From: a virus
IMG/VR virus record: IMGVR_UViG_3300021407_000013
Location: 1 to 64,000 of that record
Strand: one strand, 5' to 3'
Length of the DNA: 64,000 nt
Shown here: piece by piece, positions 1-10,865 of the stretch
How the letters are laid out: every line of letters starts with the position of its first letter
Numbering within the stretch: position 1 is the first letter of the stretch
Notes under the pieces: generated by a model
Database searches by the model: none
What the model was told of the DNA's origin: nothing
Seen by the model: the letters and a program-made list of their open reading frames with translations, nothing else
Made by a program: the position numbers and the translations under genes

Positions 1-991
1 AAGTAGTTCCATCTACTGGAATAGAAAGAGTATTTGGACTAAGAATATCAACAACAAATTGTTGGCCATTCAATACTGACATGCCACCTGTAATACCAGT
101 AATTGTTTCTAACATTCCATTAGCTAAATTATGATTAGCTACTGTAGTAACCAAAATTGGATTAGTATTTGTCATATTAAATATTTGAATAGGTGTGCGC
201 TCTAATGTTTGAATATCAAATAGAGCATAATAAATACACCAAGCAACCTGATAAGGGTCTCCGCCTCCACAAAGAACAACCCAACGTCCTGTATCAAGAT
301 TTTGTCTAACTGACACGAGGCGCTGCACCACTCCTGGAATATTCCAAAGCAACGTCTTTAAGTATCGGTCCATTCCTGTTGAGGCAGCAAGACCTGCTGT
401 CAACGTTCGACTTCTAAATGAAGATACATCTTCAGTTCCAATAGAAGGAATACCATCTGTTGGATTAATAACGGATAATGGAATATTAAGCGGAACTGAT
501 GTTATAATAGTATTAACGCTGCCAGCAGGAACAGCCCAAGTTCCTACAGTAGTTGAAATAGCATGAATAGGAAGTGATTGACCATTAGTGTTTATAACGC
601 CTCCATCTGAGCAAATATATTGATAAATTTGATCGCCTATAACAAATCCAGGAATAATAATAAATCCTGGCGTTCCAAAAAATATAACATCAACTGCTGT
701 ATTGGTAGCACTCTCTGGCTGTATGCCATATATTTCAATACCTAGTTGATTTAAAATGAATTGATTCGCTCCGTATGGTGTAATGCTATTAATCAGATCT
801 ATCATAAATTGATTAGAGATAACAAGCGCACCAACGTCTGTTGAGGAAATATCTTCAATAAGAGCAGCTGGCAAGTTTGCTGTATATCCAGGATTTGTAG
901 ACGTAACTAAAGTAATCAATTGTTGGCGCAACGTAGCTGGAGACGTAGGGATTGGACCCTGCGGACCCATAATGATAGGAAGTTGAGCCAT
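1..991 (-). CDS. Baseplate J-like protein (runs off window edge)
   Basis: ATG at 991 overlaps upstream TAA; reads MAQLPIIMGPQGPIPTSPATLRQQLITLVTSTNPGYTANLPAALIEDISSTDVGAL, a baseplate-J-type N-terminus; position after spike/wedge genes. Confidence 0.75.
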   Translation of the reverse strand, partial: MAQLPIIMGPQGPIPTSPATLRQQLITLVTSTNPGYTANLPAALIEDISSTDVGALVISNQFMIDLINSITPYGANQFILNQLGIEIYGIQPESATNTAVDVIFFGTPGFIIIPGFVIGDQIYQYICSDGGVINTNGQSLPIHAISTTVGTWAVPAGSVNTIITSVPLNIPLSVINPTDGIPSIGTEDVSSFRSRTLTAGLAASTGMDRYLKTLLWNIPGVVQRLVSVRQNLDTGRWVVLCGGGDPYQVAWCIYYALFDIQTLERTPIQIFNMTNTNPILVTTVANHNLANGMLETITGITGGMSVLNGQQFVVDILSPNTLSIPVDGTT

Positions 992-1365
992 TAGTAAGGA
1001 ACCACTGTAGACAAATATGCACCATATTTAGTTATGCAGGTGACTGTATAACCAGGCGAAGGAACACCATCGTCATCTAAAGTATTAGGTTGACTCGTTA
1101 TAGACAAGAACATGAAATAACCAGCAAATGTTTGTTGAATATAATTCATATAATAATCTGGAGCAAGTTGAGATACAACAGAAGGATGCGCTGGAATACC
1201 ATAATTGGAATAAAAAGGGCTCTCTCCTAGATTCAATTTTATAACTTGGATTAAAGTAGTTAACCAAACCATATCATCAAAACCATTCGCATCAGTATCC
1301 ACCTCTACCCATTTCTTAACACTTGGGAAGAGTGGATCTGGTACGATGCGCCCCCAAGTTCTCAT
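991..1365 (-). CDS. Putative baseplate wedge subunit
   Basis: 124 aa, coupled between spike and baseplate J; synteny only. Confidence 0.5.
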   Translation of the reverse strand: MRTWGRIVPDPLFPSVKKWVEVDTDANGFDDMVWLTTLIQVIKLNLGESPFYSNYGIPAHPSVVSQLAPDYYMNYIQQTFAGYFMFLSITSQPNTLDDDGVPSPGYTVTCITKYGAYLSTVVPY

Positions 1366-2693
1366 ATTCTAACTGCCCATATATTGCCAGTAACAGTACA
1401 AGCGCCGCCAAATGCTGCTTGACAAATTAAGTAATAATTGGTATTGACTGTTATATTTACATAACAAGGACGCAATGATAAAACCTCTACATTTGTCGAT
1501 GGAGTAGCAGACGGAAAAACAACTTGAGTTCTAGCTGTATTAATTCCTGATAGAGTAGGAAAGGTGGCGCTTGTTAAACCAATTGCTGAATATATGGCAG
1601 TAACACCTGCTGTTGGAGCAAACCAAACTTCTCCTTGAACTTGCCAAATACCAGGTGTTAATGGGATAAATGTAACATTTGCTGGTACACCAGTAGTAAT
1701 AGTTTCTCCAACAGTAATATTGCTGGAGATAACTTGCCCAGACATACCTGCGCCTGGAAAAAATCCTCCTTGTGATCCACCAAATGCACCAGCACTCATT
1801 ACACCGCCAGCAGAGATATTTCCACTAGCAGATATACTTCCAATTACATCAAGCAATGTTTGAGCAGAAGGAACAGGTAAATTTGGTAAAGGAGGTATTG
1901 GAAGTAAAGTATCATCAAGAGTATCTGGCGCATCTAAGAGATCAAAAGTAGACGTTTCTACATCATCACTACTAGACCCTGCTGCGCCAAATTTAAAACT
2001 TGACGCTACCATATTAAATACGCCACTTCCGCTAATAGCGTGAGTTATAGTATTTTGAGCAACTTGCTGTATACTTTGAGCATTACCAGATATAATACCA
2101 GAAAGAGCAGTATGGATAATATTGCTACCGGCAGTATGTGCTATAACGCCTTCAAGAGCTTTATGAATCATATCCTTAATAGAAAGATGATTTATAGCTG
2201 CTGAAGAATTATGTATTATGTTATTGAGCGCATCTAAAAGATGATATGTCGTAGTATCTTGTGTTTGAGTTTTATGACCTGTTGGTCCTCCTGTAACTAG
2301 GAATTGATTTTGATCGCGCTTAGGATTGTTGGTATTGCTAATAGGATGAAATACGCCAGTTGTTAGGTTTGCTCTTTGAAATAAATTGGCTACTCCACCA
2401 CCTAATCCACTTTCACCACCTAAGTTAACATCATTCGGAACCACGTATCCTTTATCACCGACCTGTGTAGGTTCGCGTGAATATTTAGAATACGCCTGAG
2501 GAACAGTCATATTTGGTAAAGTAAATGTAGGATCAGTAATATCGTATGCGATTACAACGGTATCATCATTATTAACTGTTACAACGTGACAAGGTAATTT
2601 CTTAGCTTGATTTTGAAAATTGTCAGCAGTCTTTGTAGCAGTGAAATTATGCTGTTGAACAGCAAGAGAAAATTTTTGGCCGCTCGCGCTCAA
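1362..2693 (-). CDS. Putative baseplate spike (gpV-like) with C-terminal extension
   Basis: N-terminal OB-fold-like LPCHVV..VPQAYSKY.REPTQVGDKG segment followed by beta-helix-like IxH repeats; synteny. Confidence 0.55.
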   Translation of the reverse strand: MSASGQKFSLAVQQHNFTATKTADNFQNQAKKLPCHVVTVNNDDTVVIAYDITDPTFTLPNMTVPQAYSKYSREPTQVGDKGYVVPNDVNLGGESGLGGGVANLFQRANLTTGVFHPISNTNNPKRDQNQFLVTGGPTGHKTQTQDTTTYHLLDALNNIIHNSSAAINHLSIKDMIHKALEGVIAHTAGSNIIHTALSGIISGNAQSIQQVAQNTITHAISGSGVFNMVASSFKFGAAGSSSDDVETSTFDLLDAPDTLDDTLLPIPPLPNLPVPSAQTLLDVIGSISASGNISAGGVMSAGAFGGSQGGFFPGAGMSGQVISSNITVGETITTGVPANVTFIPLTPGIWQVQGEVWFAPTAGVTAIYSAIGLTSATFPTLSGINTARTQVVFPSATPSTNVEVLSLRPCYVNITVNTNYYLICQAAFGGACTVTGNIWAVRI

Positions 2694-3178
2694 GGATTAA
2701 CCTCGAAATAACCATTTCTATAAATCATAGTAGATTGAAAATATCCTTTTGTCAAACTTATATAATATTCAATTACTCCCAAAACAGAAGCTGGACCTGG
2801 GTCTGTAGCCATTGGATAAAATATATAATCTTTACTCAATATATAAAGAAAACCACTACCATTATATTGTGATGGAACACAATTAATCACATTCGCCTGT
2901 ATAACTCTTCCAATTCTCATGTAATATTGTATATCAACTTCTGCTAAAACTCTCTGATTAAACTCATCATATTCTAAAGATATAATTTGAAAAGGCTTCA
3001 TATTTCCTACTAACGGAACCATAAAAATTAAATTACCAGATATATCCTTGCAATTGACATAATAGCGTTGTGCGGATATATTCCAATAAATAGTCACATT
3101 ATATAATGCTCCATCAAATGTAGGCATAAATGATTGTGCTTGCCTATTATTTGGAAGAAATTGAAAATAAGTAGTCAT
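2690..3178 (-). CDS. Putative baseplate protein
   Basis: 162 aa, YNVTIYWN..AQRYY motif typical of small myovirus baseplate proteins; synteny. Confidence 0.45.
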   Translation of the reverse strand: MTTYFQFLPNNRQAQSFMPTFDGALYNVTIYWNISAQRYYVNCKDISGNLIFMVPLVGNMKPFQIISLEYDEFNQRVLAEVDIQYYMRIGRVIQANVINCVPSQYNGSGFLYILSKDYIFYPMATDPGPASVLGVIEYYISLTKGYFQSTMIYRNGYFEVNP

Positions 3179-3900
3179 AAAAGAATAGTCGGATTATTGC
3201 CACCGATATTAACCTGTGGCGCCAAAGGTGCAGTGCCACCGGCACCTGCGGCTTGATTAACACTAGATGCTGGCAACCCTAGAGCAGTCAATGCAGAAGT
3301 CCATTCTGCCGAAGTTTGAACACCGCCTGTTATTTTGGCATACAAATTGTTCTCAGCAAACACTAAATCTTGTTGAGCAATAAGAGGTTTTCTAAAATCC
3401 CATTTCCAAGTATTCTGCGGAAGTGCAATTTGAGGATTAGACATATCACTCAAACCGAGCATAACCATATTGTAATAAGTATATGCTGGCGTAAATACAG
3501 TATAGGTTCCACCCATATTATTATGCGTATCTAATGCTGACTTAAGAGCAGTCATTGTAGCATTTTTAACTGCCCACGCATACTGCGTTTTCATAGGCGT
3601 AACCATAATCATAGAAACTTCAATAGGACTCCTTACCATTGCGTTTGCAGCAACACTCAAATTAGCGAAAGGATACTCAGCAATTTGTTGTTGAATTAAT
3701 GAACCACCAGATGCAGGTTGGAATATACCAAAATAGCTATCCATATTAAAAGTATCACTACCGCCAGAAAACAAAACATTATAAGCATTTGGATTAAGTA
3801 AAGCCATTACAGGAAGTATGCTTCCACCAATATTAGTGGCAATACCATTATTTAAAAATATTGGCGTAATTTGATATAATAGTTGGTACATACTAAGCAT
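3175..3900 (-). CDS. Putative tail-tube initiator/distal tail protein
   Basis: 241 aa in tail module; synteny. Confidence 0.4.
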   Translation of the reverse strand: MLSMYQLLYQITPIFLNNGIATNIGGSILPVMALLNPNAYNVLFSGGSDTFNMDSYFGIFQPASGGSLIQQQIAEYPFANLSVAANAMVRSPIEVSMIMVTPMKTQYAWAVKNATMTALKSALDTHNNMGGTYTVFTPAYTYYNMVMLGLSDMSNPQIALPQNTWKWDFRKPLIAQQDLVFAENNLYAKITGGVQTSAEWTSALTALGLPASSVNQAAGAGGTAPLAPQVNIGGNNPTILL

Positions 3901-5114
3901 TAGTTATGCCCAATGCCTCCGCTAGCACCACCGCTAGGCGTAAAAGTCTGTTCACCAGATACATTTGGAACAGGTATAATATTTCCCTCACTATCACTAC
4001 CTGGAGTTACAGCTTCAATAACTGTTATCCAATTCTGCTCAGCATTTGCGTTTCGGAAGCGCCCCATGTGCCTGACACTAACTACAGTAAATTGTCCTTG
4101 AAATGTAAGAACATTACCATGTTGATATGTATTAAAAACTAAACCTGGCATAAAAGTAAGACCACCAGATTGCGAAGCAGTAGTCAAAATATTGTTCGGC
4201 AATGTTATCTGATTATTAGGAGAAATATCAGATCTGAGAGCAACCTTAAATTGAATCTTGTTCGGGCCTATCCAACATGGCTGTCCTATTAAATCTTGAA
4301 ATTGTATCTGTATTAATGAACTAGGTGCAGTTCCGTCAAATATGTTAAAATTTCCTTTTGATGAATCTGCTTGAACTCCTTGATAACCAGAAGTATAAGG
4401 TGTCCCAAGAACACTATGGCTTAATGTCTTAGCATAATCCATATACTGTTCGAGAGACTGATAAAATCCCTTATCATCATAATTAAGAGTTATATTTGGA
4501 CTAATATTTAAATTAATGCCAATTCCCGGAAATGCTGTACTCAACGCTTGTTGAATTGCTTGTCCTAATGGAGTACCTTTAGGCATATTATGAATAATAT
4601 TTACAGGCTTAGTTGGTCCTCCAGAATTACCCATATTAGGTTTCAAAAAGAACGTAAGACTTAGCTCAGTGCCTGTCCATTCGCTTACACCTGGGAAAAT
4701 CAAAGCGTTACATAATAGACCTTGGTGCGCTACTTGCATGTTGGCTAATGGTAGACCTTCCGTAAATCCTCCATATATAGAAACTTGACAACCTGTAAAG
4801 TAAGAAGATTGAGAAACTAGATTTTGTTGAACTCCATAAATTTTAACATATCCACTTAAAAGCTGGCTACCAGGAGCAATTTGAAGATCTAATTCTATAT
4901 CTAATGCACCAGGATCATTTTCTGCATCAACAATACTGCACCATTGCGCTCCTGAAATACCTGCACCAGATATAGCAGCAAGTGCTGCTGGTACAGGTTG
5001 CCCTGCAATTGATGTTAAACTTTGAATAGTAGTATTGACACTAGCAAGACCAGGTATTTGTGCTAAAGTGGTATAGCCAACTCCTCCAGAAACTGTAAGC
5101 GCATAGAAACGCAT
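3900..5114 (-). CDS. Putative baseplate hub protein
   Basis: 404 aa directly after tape measure; C-terminal G.F.VVSVRH.G.FR...W.T motif. Confidence 0.55.
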   Translation of the reverse strand: MRFYALTVSGGVGYTTLAQIPGLASVNTTIQSLTSIAGQPVPAALAAISGAGISGAQWCSIVDAENDPGALDIELDLQIAPGSQLLSGYVKIYGVQQNLVSQSSYFTGCQVSIYGGFTEGLPLANMQVAHQGLLCNALIFPGVSEWTGTELSLTFFLKPNMGNSGGPTKPVNIIHNMPKGTPLGQAIQQALSTAFPGIGINLNISPNITLNYDDKGFYQSLEQYMDYAKTLSHSVLGTPYTSGYQGVQADSSKGNFNIFDGTAPSSLIQIQFQDLIGQPCWIGPNKIQFKVALRSDISPNNQITLPNNILTTASQSGGLTFMPGLVFNTYQHGNVLTFQGQFTVVSVRHMGRFRNANAEQNWITVIEAVTPGSDSEGNIIPVPNVSGEQTFTPSGGASGGIGHN

Positions 5115-8100
5115 TAACCAAAATTGCCTTGTGAAGAGCCAATCATAGCAGTTTGTGTAGCTACATCAGCACCTGCCGGATTGTGAACATTCACTCTAAT
5201 TGCTTGATTATTATGATATTGAGACATATCACCAATATGCGGATGTGGTCCTGTTCGTGATGCAGTTCTTGTTGAACTAGCTCTAGCTGCATCACGTTGT
5301 GTCAAAGGATTGTTTTCGCCGCCAAGGTGTCCACCGCCTGCTACATCAATTGCAGAGTAGTTAGCGGCATCAAGTTCTCCTCTACCACCACCTATCATAT
5401 ATTGATGTTGATTATGTATTCCACGACTATTTTTCCATTGATCTGCAACATTCATACCAATAATTTTACCATTCCTATCCTTAATATAACTTTCAAAGAC
5501 AGCAGCATGATCTTGACCAATACCTGCTCTACCACCAGTACCTCCTGCATAAATGTCCTGGTTTTGTTCTCCATGCAAACCAGCAAATGTAGCAATGGGA
5601 GTTCCTTTAACTAAACCACCTTCTGTTGCTGATTCTCCTTTTCGCCAACTGCTAGTCCAAGCACCTTTTTGTCCACTACCTAATTTGATTCCAACAGAAG
5701 CTGTAGCTAATGAAACACACTGTTCGTTGGTAATCAAACCTTTATTACGAGCAGACTTCAAATGATCTAAAACATCGTCACTGTCTTTAATACCAAAATT
5801 TGCCTCTGGTGCGCCACCAGTTCCTCCAGCACTGGAAGATCCACCACCGCCTCCAGGATTGAATCCTTTTAAATAACCTAGTCGTTGGCTTGTAGCTTGC
5901 GCCACATTACCAGGTCTTTCAAAATCAGAAACAAGAGTACCTGTCATAGATTCAGCACTTCCTCCACCAGAAAGTGCTTGCCAAGTTTTCGGATAAAAAT
6001 TCTTTTGTTCCCAAATCATAGCCTTTGTTTGTTCTGCCACAGTCATATCCTGTGGCATCTTACCAAATTGCTTCATAATACGTGCAGAGCGCGCATCATC
6101 CCAAGATGCAATACCGTGTGCCATTTGGTTAGGATTAGAGCGGCTAGGATCATGATGAACGTCGGCAGGATTTCTTAACGATTCACCAGATGTATTGGCA
6201 ACTAATGCGCGTGCTGCTGTTGGGCTTAATCCTTCTGCAATGGCAGCATTATACATTTCTTGTTGATTTTTTGCCAATGCTCCTTTGGCTATATTGGTAA
6301 CTCCACTTACAACTCCGCCAGTACGACTTACTTCTTTTGGTTGACCAGCTTCATCTAATCCTCCGGAATGATAAACTCCTGCTCCGCCACCAGTGCCGAA
6401 ACCGCCGCCGCCACCTATATTGACGCCATCACCTGCACCACCACCTGCTCCTGCGCCTCCGCCACCGCCGCTAGTGCCGTCACCTTGTCCAAATTTATTA
6501 GCTAAATATTTACCAGAACCTCCTACAAGTATTTGAGAACCTTGCAAAAGCTGTTTATTGAATTCAGCTAAACTCCTAGATGTATCAGTAACATCTTTAT
6601 TCAATTTTCCGATTTTTGGACTAAATATACTAACTCTACTTACACCACCAGTAACACCACCGCCTCCTTCATCTACAACACCGCTGCCATAAATCTCGCT
6701 CTCTAATGGAGGATTGTTCTTTGGAGAACGCAATGTGCGAGCGCCTGGGCTAGCCCTTGTAGAACCAGATGAACGCGCTTTTGGATTAGCTGTAGGACCA
6801 GGCACTGCTGGAGAGCCACCTAAAATAGGGCCACCCCAACCCCAATTGTCTGAATTAAATATACCACCAGGCTTAAGTCCTGGCGCAGCTTCTGGTCCTT
6901 CATTAATCTTATTCATTTGATTTTTAATAAAGTTATCAATAGCAGGAGCAATATCTGCCAATTTATTAATAAAATGAGTTTGTATCTCAGAACTTGCTAG
7001 ATTAAGTGTGGTGCTAAGATTTGTCAACGCTTTCTGTTGTTCTTGAGTAGTTTCTAAATATTTGGCATTTGCTTCAACAGCTTCTGCCGCTTGCCTAGTT
7101 TCATCACCAGACATTCCTACCAATCGAGTAGCTTGTCCAATACCTCCTGGCAAAATTGAACCCAGGTGTTGCGCCTCAAATAAATTACCCATAGATTGTG
7201 GATTATAACCTTTTAATTTCTTTTGCGCTCTTATCATCAACTGTGCGTACATAGTTGATGGATCCATATTCTTAATTTCTTCTGGGGAAAATCCCATAAA
7301 AGTATATGCAGAGAATTCATCTCCAATCATACTTTTGGCCCTATTTGCGGCCTCTAATCCAGGCTGCACAGGGCCAAATCTTGCAAGCTCGACTTGAGCA
7401 GATTTCATTCTGCCAATATCACCACCAATTCCTGTTGCTTGAAGTCTCTGTTGCGCCCCAGTATTTGCTCCTTCAGCAACAGCGTAACCAATCGCGGCGG
7501 CAGTTCCGCCAATTCCAAGCATCTTAAGAAGATTGCCACTAAACATATTTCTCAATATGTTCTGGCTCATTCTACCAGTAGAAAACATCTGGTAGAAGGA
7601 TTCATTCCATTTATCGTTGCCCTTAGCAAATTTTTCAAAAGTAGCTTTAAACTGTCCAGAACCTGTACGGTCGTTTCCTGGACCCCAAGGTAGTCTGTCT
7701 AAATCAGATAGAGCACCTGGCTTAGGAGCTTTTGCCCATCCTCCTGTAAATTGTCCAGAACCTGTATTACTGCGCCCAGGTCCCCAACGCAATCTGTCCA
7801 TATCAGACAGAGAACCTGAAGCAGGAGGCTTTTCCCAACCTGCACTAAATTGACTGCCTGTTCCAGTTTCACTAGGCTGCGACCAAGTTGGGCGCTTGGT
7901 AAACGTACCTTGAGCGTTTCTGTATCGCTTACCTTCTGGGAATATATCCTCTTCTTGAGCTTGTTTTCTTCGCTCTCTTCTGGATTTAGAACCTTCGTTG
8001 GCTAATCTGTTTAAGTCTCTCTGTGCGCCACTGGCTTGTTTTGTAATATCAACATTAGCTCTTAGTAGCGTATTGGATTCAGCAAGAATGGAACGATACT

Positions 8101-8179
8101 TTTCTGCCAACTCAACAAGCGCGTTGAGAGCAGAAGTATCAACTTCTACGTCAATCGTTGATTTGCCTTTAGAAGCCAA
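5114..8179 (-). CDS. Tape measure protein with phage-tail-lysozyme and Tae2/BPSL0067-like amidase domains
   Basis: 1021 aa after tail chaperone; lysozyme-like ALVANTSGES...HGIASW...DFERPG; amidase-like QCVSL...WRKG...GTPIATF...HAAVF...DQW. Confidence 0.8.
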   Translation of the reverse strand: MASKGKSTIDVEVDTSALNALVELAEKYRSILAESNTLLRANVDITKQASGAQRDLNRLANEGSKSRRERRKQAQEEDIFPEGKRYRNAQGTFTKRPTWSQPSETGTGSQFSAGWEKPPASGSLSDMDRLRWGPGRSNTGSGQFTGGWAKAPKPGALSDLDRLPWGPGNDRTGSGQFKATFEKFAKGNDKWNESFYQMFSTGRMSQNILRNMFSGNLLKMLGIGGTAAAIGYAVAEGANTGAQQRLQATGIGGDIGRMKSAQVELARFGPVQPGLEAANRAKSMIGDEFSAYTFMGFSPEEIKNMDPSTMYAQLMIRAQKKLKGYNPQSMGNLFEAQHLGSILPGGIGQATRLVGMSGDETRQAAEAVEANAKYLETTQEQQKALTNLSTTLNLASSEIQTHFINKLADIAPAIDNFIKNQMNKINEGPEAAPGLKPGGIFNSDNWGWGGPILGGSPAVPGPTANPKARSSGSTRASPGARTLRSPKNNPPLESEIYGSGVVDEGGGGVTGGVSRVSIFSPKIGKLNKDVTDTSRSLAEFNKQLLQGSQILVGGSGKYLANKFGQGDGTSGGGGGAGAGGGAGDGVNIGGGGGFGTGGGAGVYHSGGLDEAGQPKEVSRTGGVVSGVTNIAKGALAKNQQEMYNAAIAEGLSPTAARALVANTSGESLRNPADVHHDPSRSNPNQMAHGIASWDDARSARIMKQFGKMPQDMTVAEQTKAMIWEQKNFYPKTWQALSGGGSAESMTGTLVSDFERPGNVAQATSQRLGYLKGFNPGGGGGSSSAGGTGGAPEANFGIKDSDDVLDHLKSARNKGLITNEQCVSLATASVGIKLGSGQKGAWTSSWRKGESATEGGLVKGTPIATFAGLHGEQNQDIYAGGTGGRAGIGQDHAAVFESYIKDRNGKIIGMNVADQWKNSRGIHNQHQYMIGGGRGELDAANYSAIDVAGGGHLGGENNPLTQRDAARASSTRTASRTGPHPHIGDMSQYHNNQAIRVNVHNPAGADVATQTAMIGSSQGNFG

Positions 8180-8181
8180 TA

Positions 8182-8412
8182 TTATCTCCGGTTTCTAAAA
8201 TCATAAATCGTTCTATATTCTCCATTATATTGCCACATAAACTCCCTAAAGCCTTCTCCAATTATCCAATTTAGGATGGAATGGACAATGCTCTCGGAGC
8301 CGAAGTTTTCTGGATCGGTTCTGGGCTCTCTCCAGTATTCTCTTCCTGATTCGAGATCGTCAACGAATTGCAGTAATCCATAGCAGTTAATGATGTAGTT
8401 TGCGCCTCCCAA
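8182..8412 (-). CDS. Possible -1 frame extension of tail assembly chaperone (gpGT-like)
   Basis: Overlaps 3' end of chaperone gene in -1 frame and ends 2 nt before tape measure start; no canonical slippery heptamer found. Confidence 0.35.
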   Translation of the reverse strand: MGGANYIINCYGLLQFVDDLESGREYWREPRTDPENFGSESIVHSILNWIIGEGFREFMWQYNGEYRTIYDFRNRR

Positions 8413-8879
8413 ATTGAACTCAAACCTATCATTATGCTCGGCAGTTCGCTTTTTAAATGAATTGCCGAGGCTACAGTAAAATAAACCAGAGCGTTTTCAA
8501 CCTCTCTGATCACTTCCTCGTCCAACATATTTTTCATTTTTATTTCTAAAAATGGCTTTGCTGTCCATTTGTTTGTAACAGGATCAATCATCAATACGAA
8601 TGTAAGACGATATATTTCCTGAATGACAGGCATACTGAGATCAGTTGTACTATCAATTTCCTTAGCCATATCCCTCAACGCAAGGGCGGCAACACGCGGT
8701 GCCATGCCTGGGCCTATACCATTAAAATAAAGGTTTGACAATGTCTTGACGAAAAGCATATAACTTGCTTCAAATACTTCTCTCGATATGGGTGTAGAAT
8801 GAACCCACATCTTTTTGTTTTCGTCAATATCTAACGGAATGACTAGGTTTAGTTTCTTGTTGATCGTTACGCTTGCCAT
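8271..8879 (-). CDS. Tail assembly chaperone
   Basis: Between tube and tape measure genes. Confidence 0.6.
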   Translation of the reverse strand: MASVTINKKLNLVIPLDIDENKKMWVHSTPISREVFEASYMLFVKTLSNLYFNGIGPGMAPRVAALALRDMAKEIDSTTDLSMPVIQEIYRLTFVLMIDPVTNKWTAKPFLEIKMKNMLDEEVIREVENALVYFTVASAIHLKSELPSIMIGLSSIWEAQTTSLTAMDYCNSLTISNQEENTGESPEPIQKTSAPRALSIPS

Positions 8880-8903
8880 TTGCTACCTGCTACCTTTTGG
8901 CGA

Positions 8904-9383
8904 TTATGTATTGAACATAAACGCGTTGACCTCGTAGTAACCCTTAATCGTCACAACCCAGGTAGGTTCCTCACCTGCGAACGACATTGCATTCACGCTT
9001 TCGAGAACGCAGTTTTGAAGGGTATAAGAACCCAAAACGCCTGCGCCATTAACGAAAGAATTGGCAATTGCCGAAACGTCAGGTTGAACCGTAATCATGC
9101 CAAGAAGTGTATTATCTTCAAACTGCGCCTTAACTTGATTGGATTGCGGTTGTGACTTAAGCAACGCAATCGTCAAAGTAGCAATCTGGAACGGCGCTGG
9201 GGAAGGGACAGCGCCTGTCATTGTCGGGAAATAATCTGTGGCATTTCCCTCAAGAGTCAGTCTTATCCCCTCTCTTCCCAAGAGGTAAGGCGTGATTTGA
9301 AATAGGGTTCCACTTTGAAAAGTGACGAGGGCCGCTACTCTATTGAGTACGCCCTGAGGGACATTAAGATTACCAGCGGCCAT
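8904..9383 (-). CDS. Tail tube protein
   Basis: 159 aa beta-rich protein immediately after sheath; QGVLNR and T.TG.V.S motifs. Confidence 0.7.
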   Translation of the reverse strand: MAAGNLNVPQGVLNRVAALVTFQSGTLFQITPYLLGREGIRLTLEGNATDYFPTMTGAVPSPAPFQIATLTIALLKSQPQSNQVKAQFEDNTLLGMITVQPDVSAIANSFVNGAGVLGSYTLQNCVLESVNAMSFAGEEPTWVVTIKGYYEVNAFMFNT

Positions 9384-9413
9384 CGTTCTCTCCTATCTCA
9401 AAAACCTTCTTAT

Positions 9414-10865
9414 TTACAGTGTAACGATATTGGTCGCTACGACTGTTACCAAAATGTGGACAAAGCCACGAGCGGGGATGAACAACGTGCTGAGTCCATC
9501 GTATTCGCCGGTGCCATAGTCGGCAGGGTTCAATGCAGTATAGGTGGCGAAAGGCACCGCATTGACATTGCAGACCGTCGCATAAGTGCCAGAATCAATT
9601 GCATCTGACAAATCCGACGGGCCTAGTGAAGTCTGCACAACTGGACCGTTAACCATTCCGTACTGGTTTCCGGTAGTCATCGTGCTCGCCAACACCTGCG
9701 ACAGTTGCGAGACACCATTTTGGTTGTAGTACAAAGGTGAAGTCGGATCATTCGATCCGTTTAACACGGCGTTCGAGATATTCAAATTGATGTTGATCTG
9801 GACCCAGTCGATAGTCCACCACCAATTGAAATAATCGAAGCCATCCGCCGTAACACCCTTGTAGACATTGGTATAAGCAATGCCACCTTGCGCGCCAGTT
9901 TGAATGTAATTCACATTGTTATTTTTGAATCCAACAAGAGTAGGTCCATTGTTCGGAACTGGGTAGGGTGTAACTCCATAGATGTACTTGAAGCACATCG
10001 GCGACACTCTCGTCACCGCAGTCGCCTTGAAGCGCATGGCCCAGTAGAACATACCGGCGATAGTAAATTCAGCGAACTGCCCAGGCACGGAGGCATTTCT
10101 GGCAGCTTGCACGCCTGGCGCTTCCATAAGCTGAATAACAGACTTATTTGTGTTGTCGATCAAACCGACAGCAGCAAGATCATCGAGCGTAACCCAGAAG
10201 TAAGTCATAGCTTCTGGATTGACATATTGCTGGAATAGCTCGATAACTGGGCTATCAGGTCCAAGATTGGCAACATCTGCCCAATAATCAGGCAACAGAT
10301 ACCCATAGTAAGAACCTGGGCTTTGCAGCAGCCAAGTCTCTAGAGCTGAAACCTCATTCGCAAATAGCGGCTGGTAACCAAGCTCCAGGATATTGACGCC
10401 GACCGCAGTTCCCTGTCTGAAGAAGGTAGCAACTTGAGCATTAAGTTGCAGAGCGGAAGTCAACTGCCAAGTGCCAGGAGTAAGGATAGCACCAGGATCT
10501 GCTGTGGCAGGAACAGTAAAGCTTGTTGGGCTTACAACAGAAGCATCAAAAGTTCCATTATATCCAATAGGATTCATACCAGCAATTGAAATCTTCAAAA
10601 GAGAACCAGTAGTTGCATATGAAGGCAACTCACCAGTAATAACAAATGTGATAGTGTCAGTACCGAAAGTGGCACTCGTAATACCTCCAGAGCCTTGCAA
10701 TATTGGCTTTAGATCAGTAAATTGGGTTAAAAACGTCGTAGAATTGGGAGGAACGGTTGTACCTCCAAAAGATAGAATGGCGCCAGTTTGCTGAAGCGTC
10801 GAAGGATAGGGCGCAAGAATGGTAGAAACTTGCACACTAACGATAGCATTTGGATCTTGATACAT
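9414..10865 (-). CDS. Tail sheath protein (DUF3383-like)
   Basis: 483 aa; C-terminal IDWVQINI...LYYNQNG sheath motif. Confidence 0.75.
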   Translation of the reverse strand: MYQDPNAIVSVQVSTILAPYPSTLQQTGAILSFGGTTVPPNSTTFLTQFTDLKPILQGSGGITSATFGTDTITFVITGELPSYATTGSLLKISIAGMNPIGYNGTFDASVVSPTSFTVPATADPGAILTPGTWQLTSALQLNAQVATFFRQGTAVGVNILELGYQPLFANEVSALETWLLQSPGSYYGYLLPDYWADVANLGPDSPVIELFQQYVNPEAMTYFWVTLDDLAAVGLIDNTNKSVIQLMEAPGVQAARNASVPGQFAEFTIAGMFYWAMRFKATAVTRVSPMCFKYIYGVTPYPVPNNGPTLVGFKNNNVNYIQTGAQGGIAYTNVYKGVTADGFDYFNWWWTIDWVQININLNISNAVLNGSNDPTSPLYYNQNGVSQLSQVLASTMTTGNQYGMVNGPVVQTSLGPSDLSDAIDSGTYATVCNVNAVPFATYTALNPADYGTGEYDGLSTLFIPARGFVHILVTVVATNIVTL

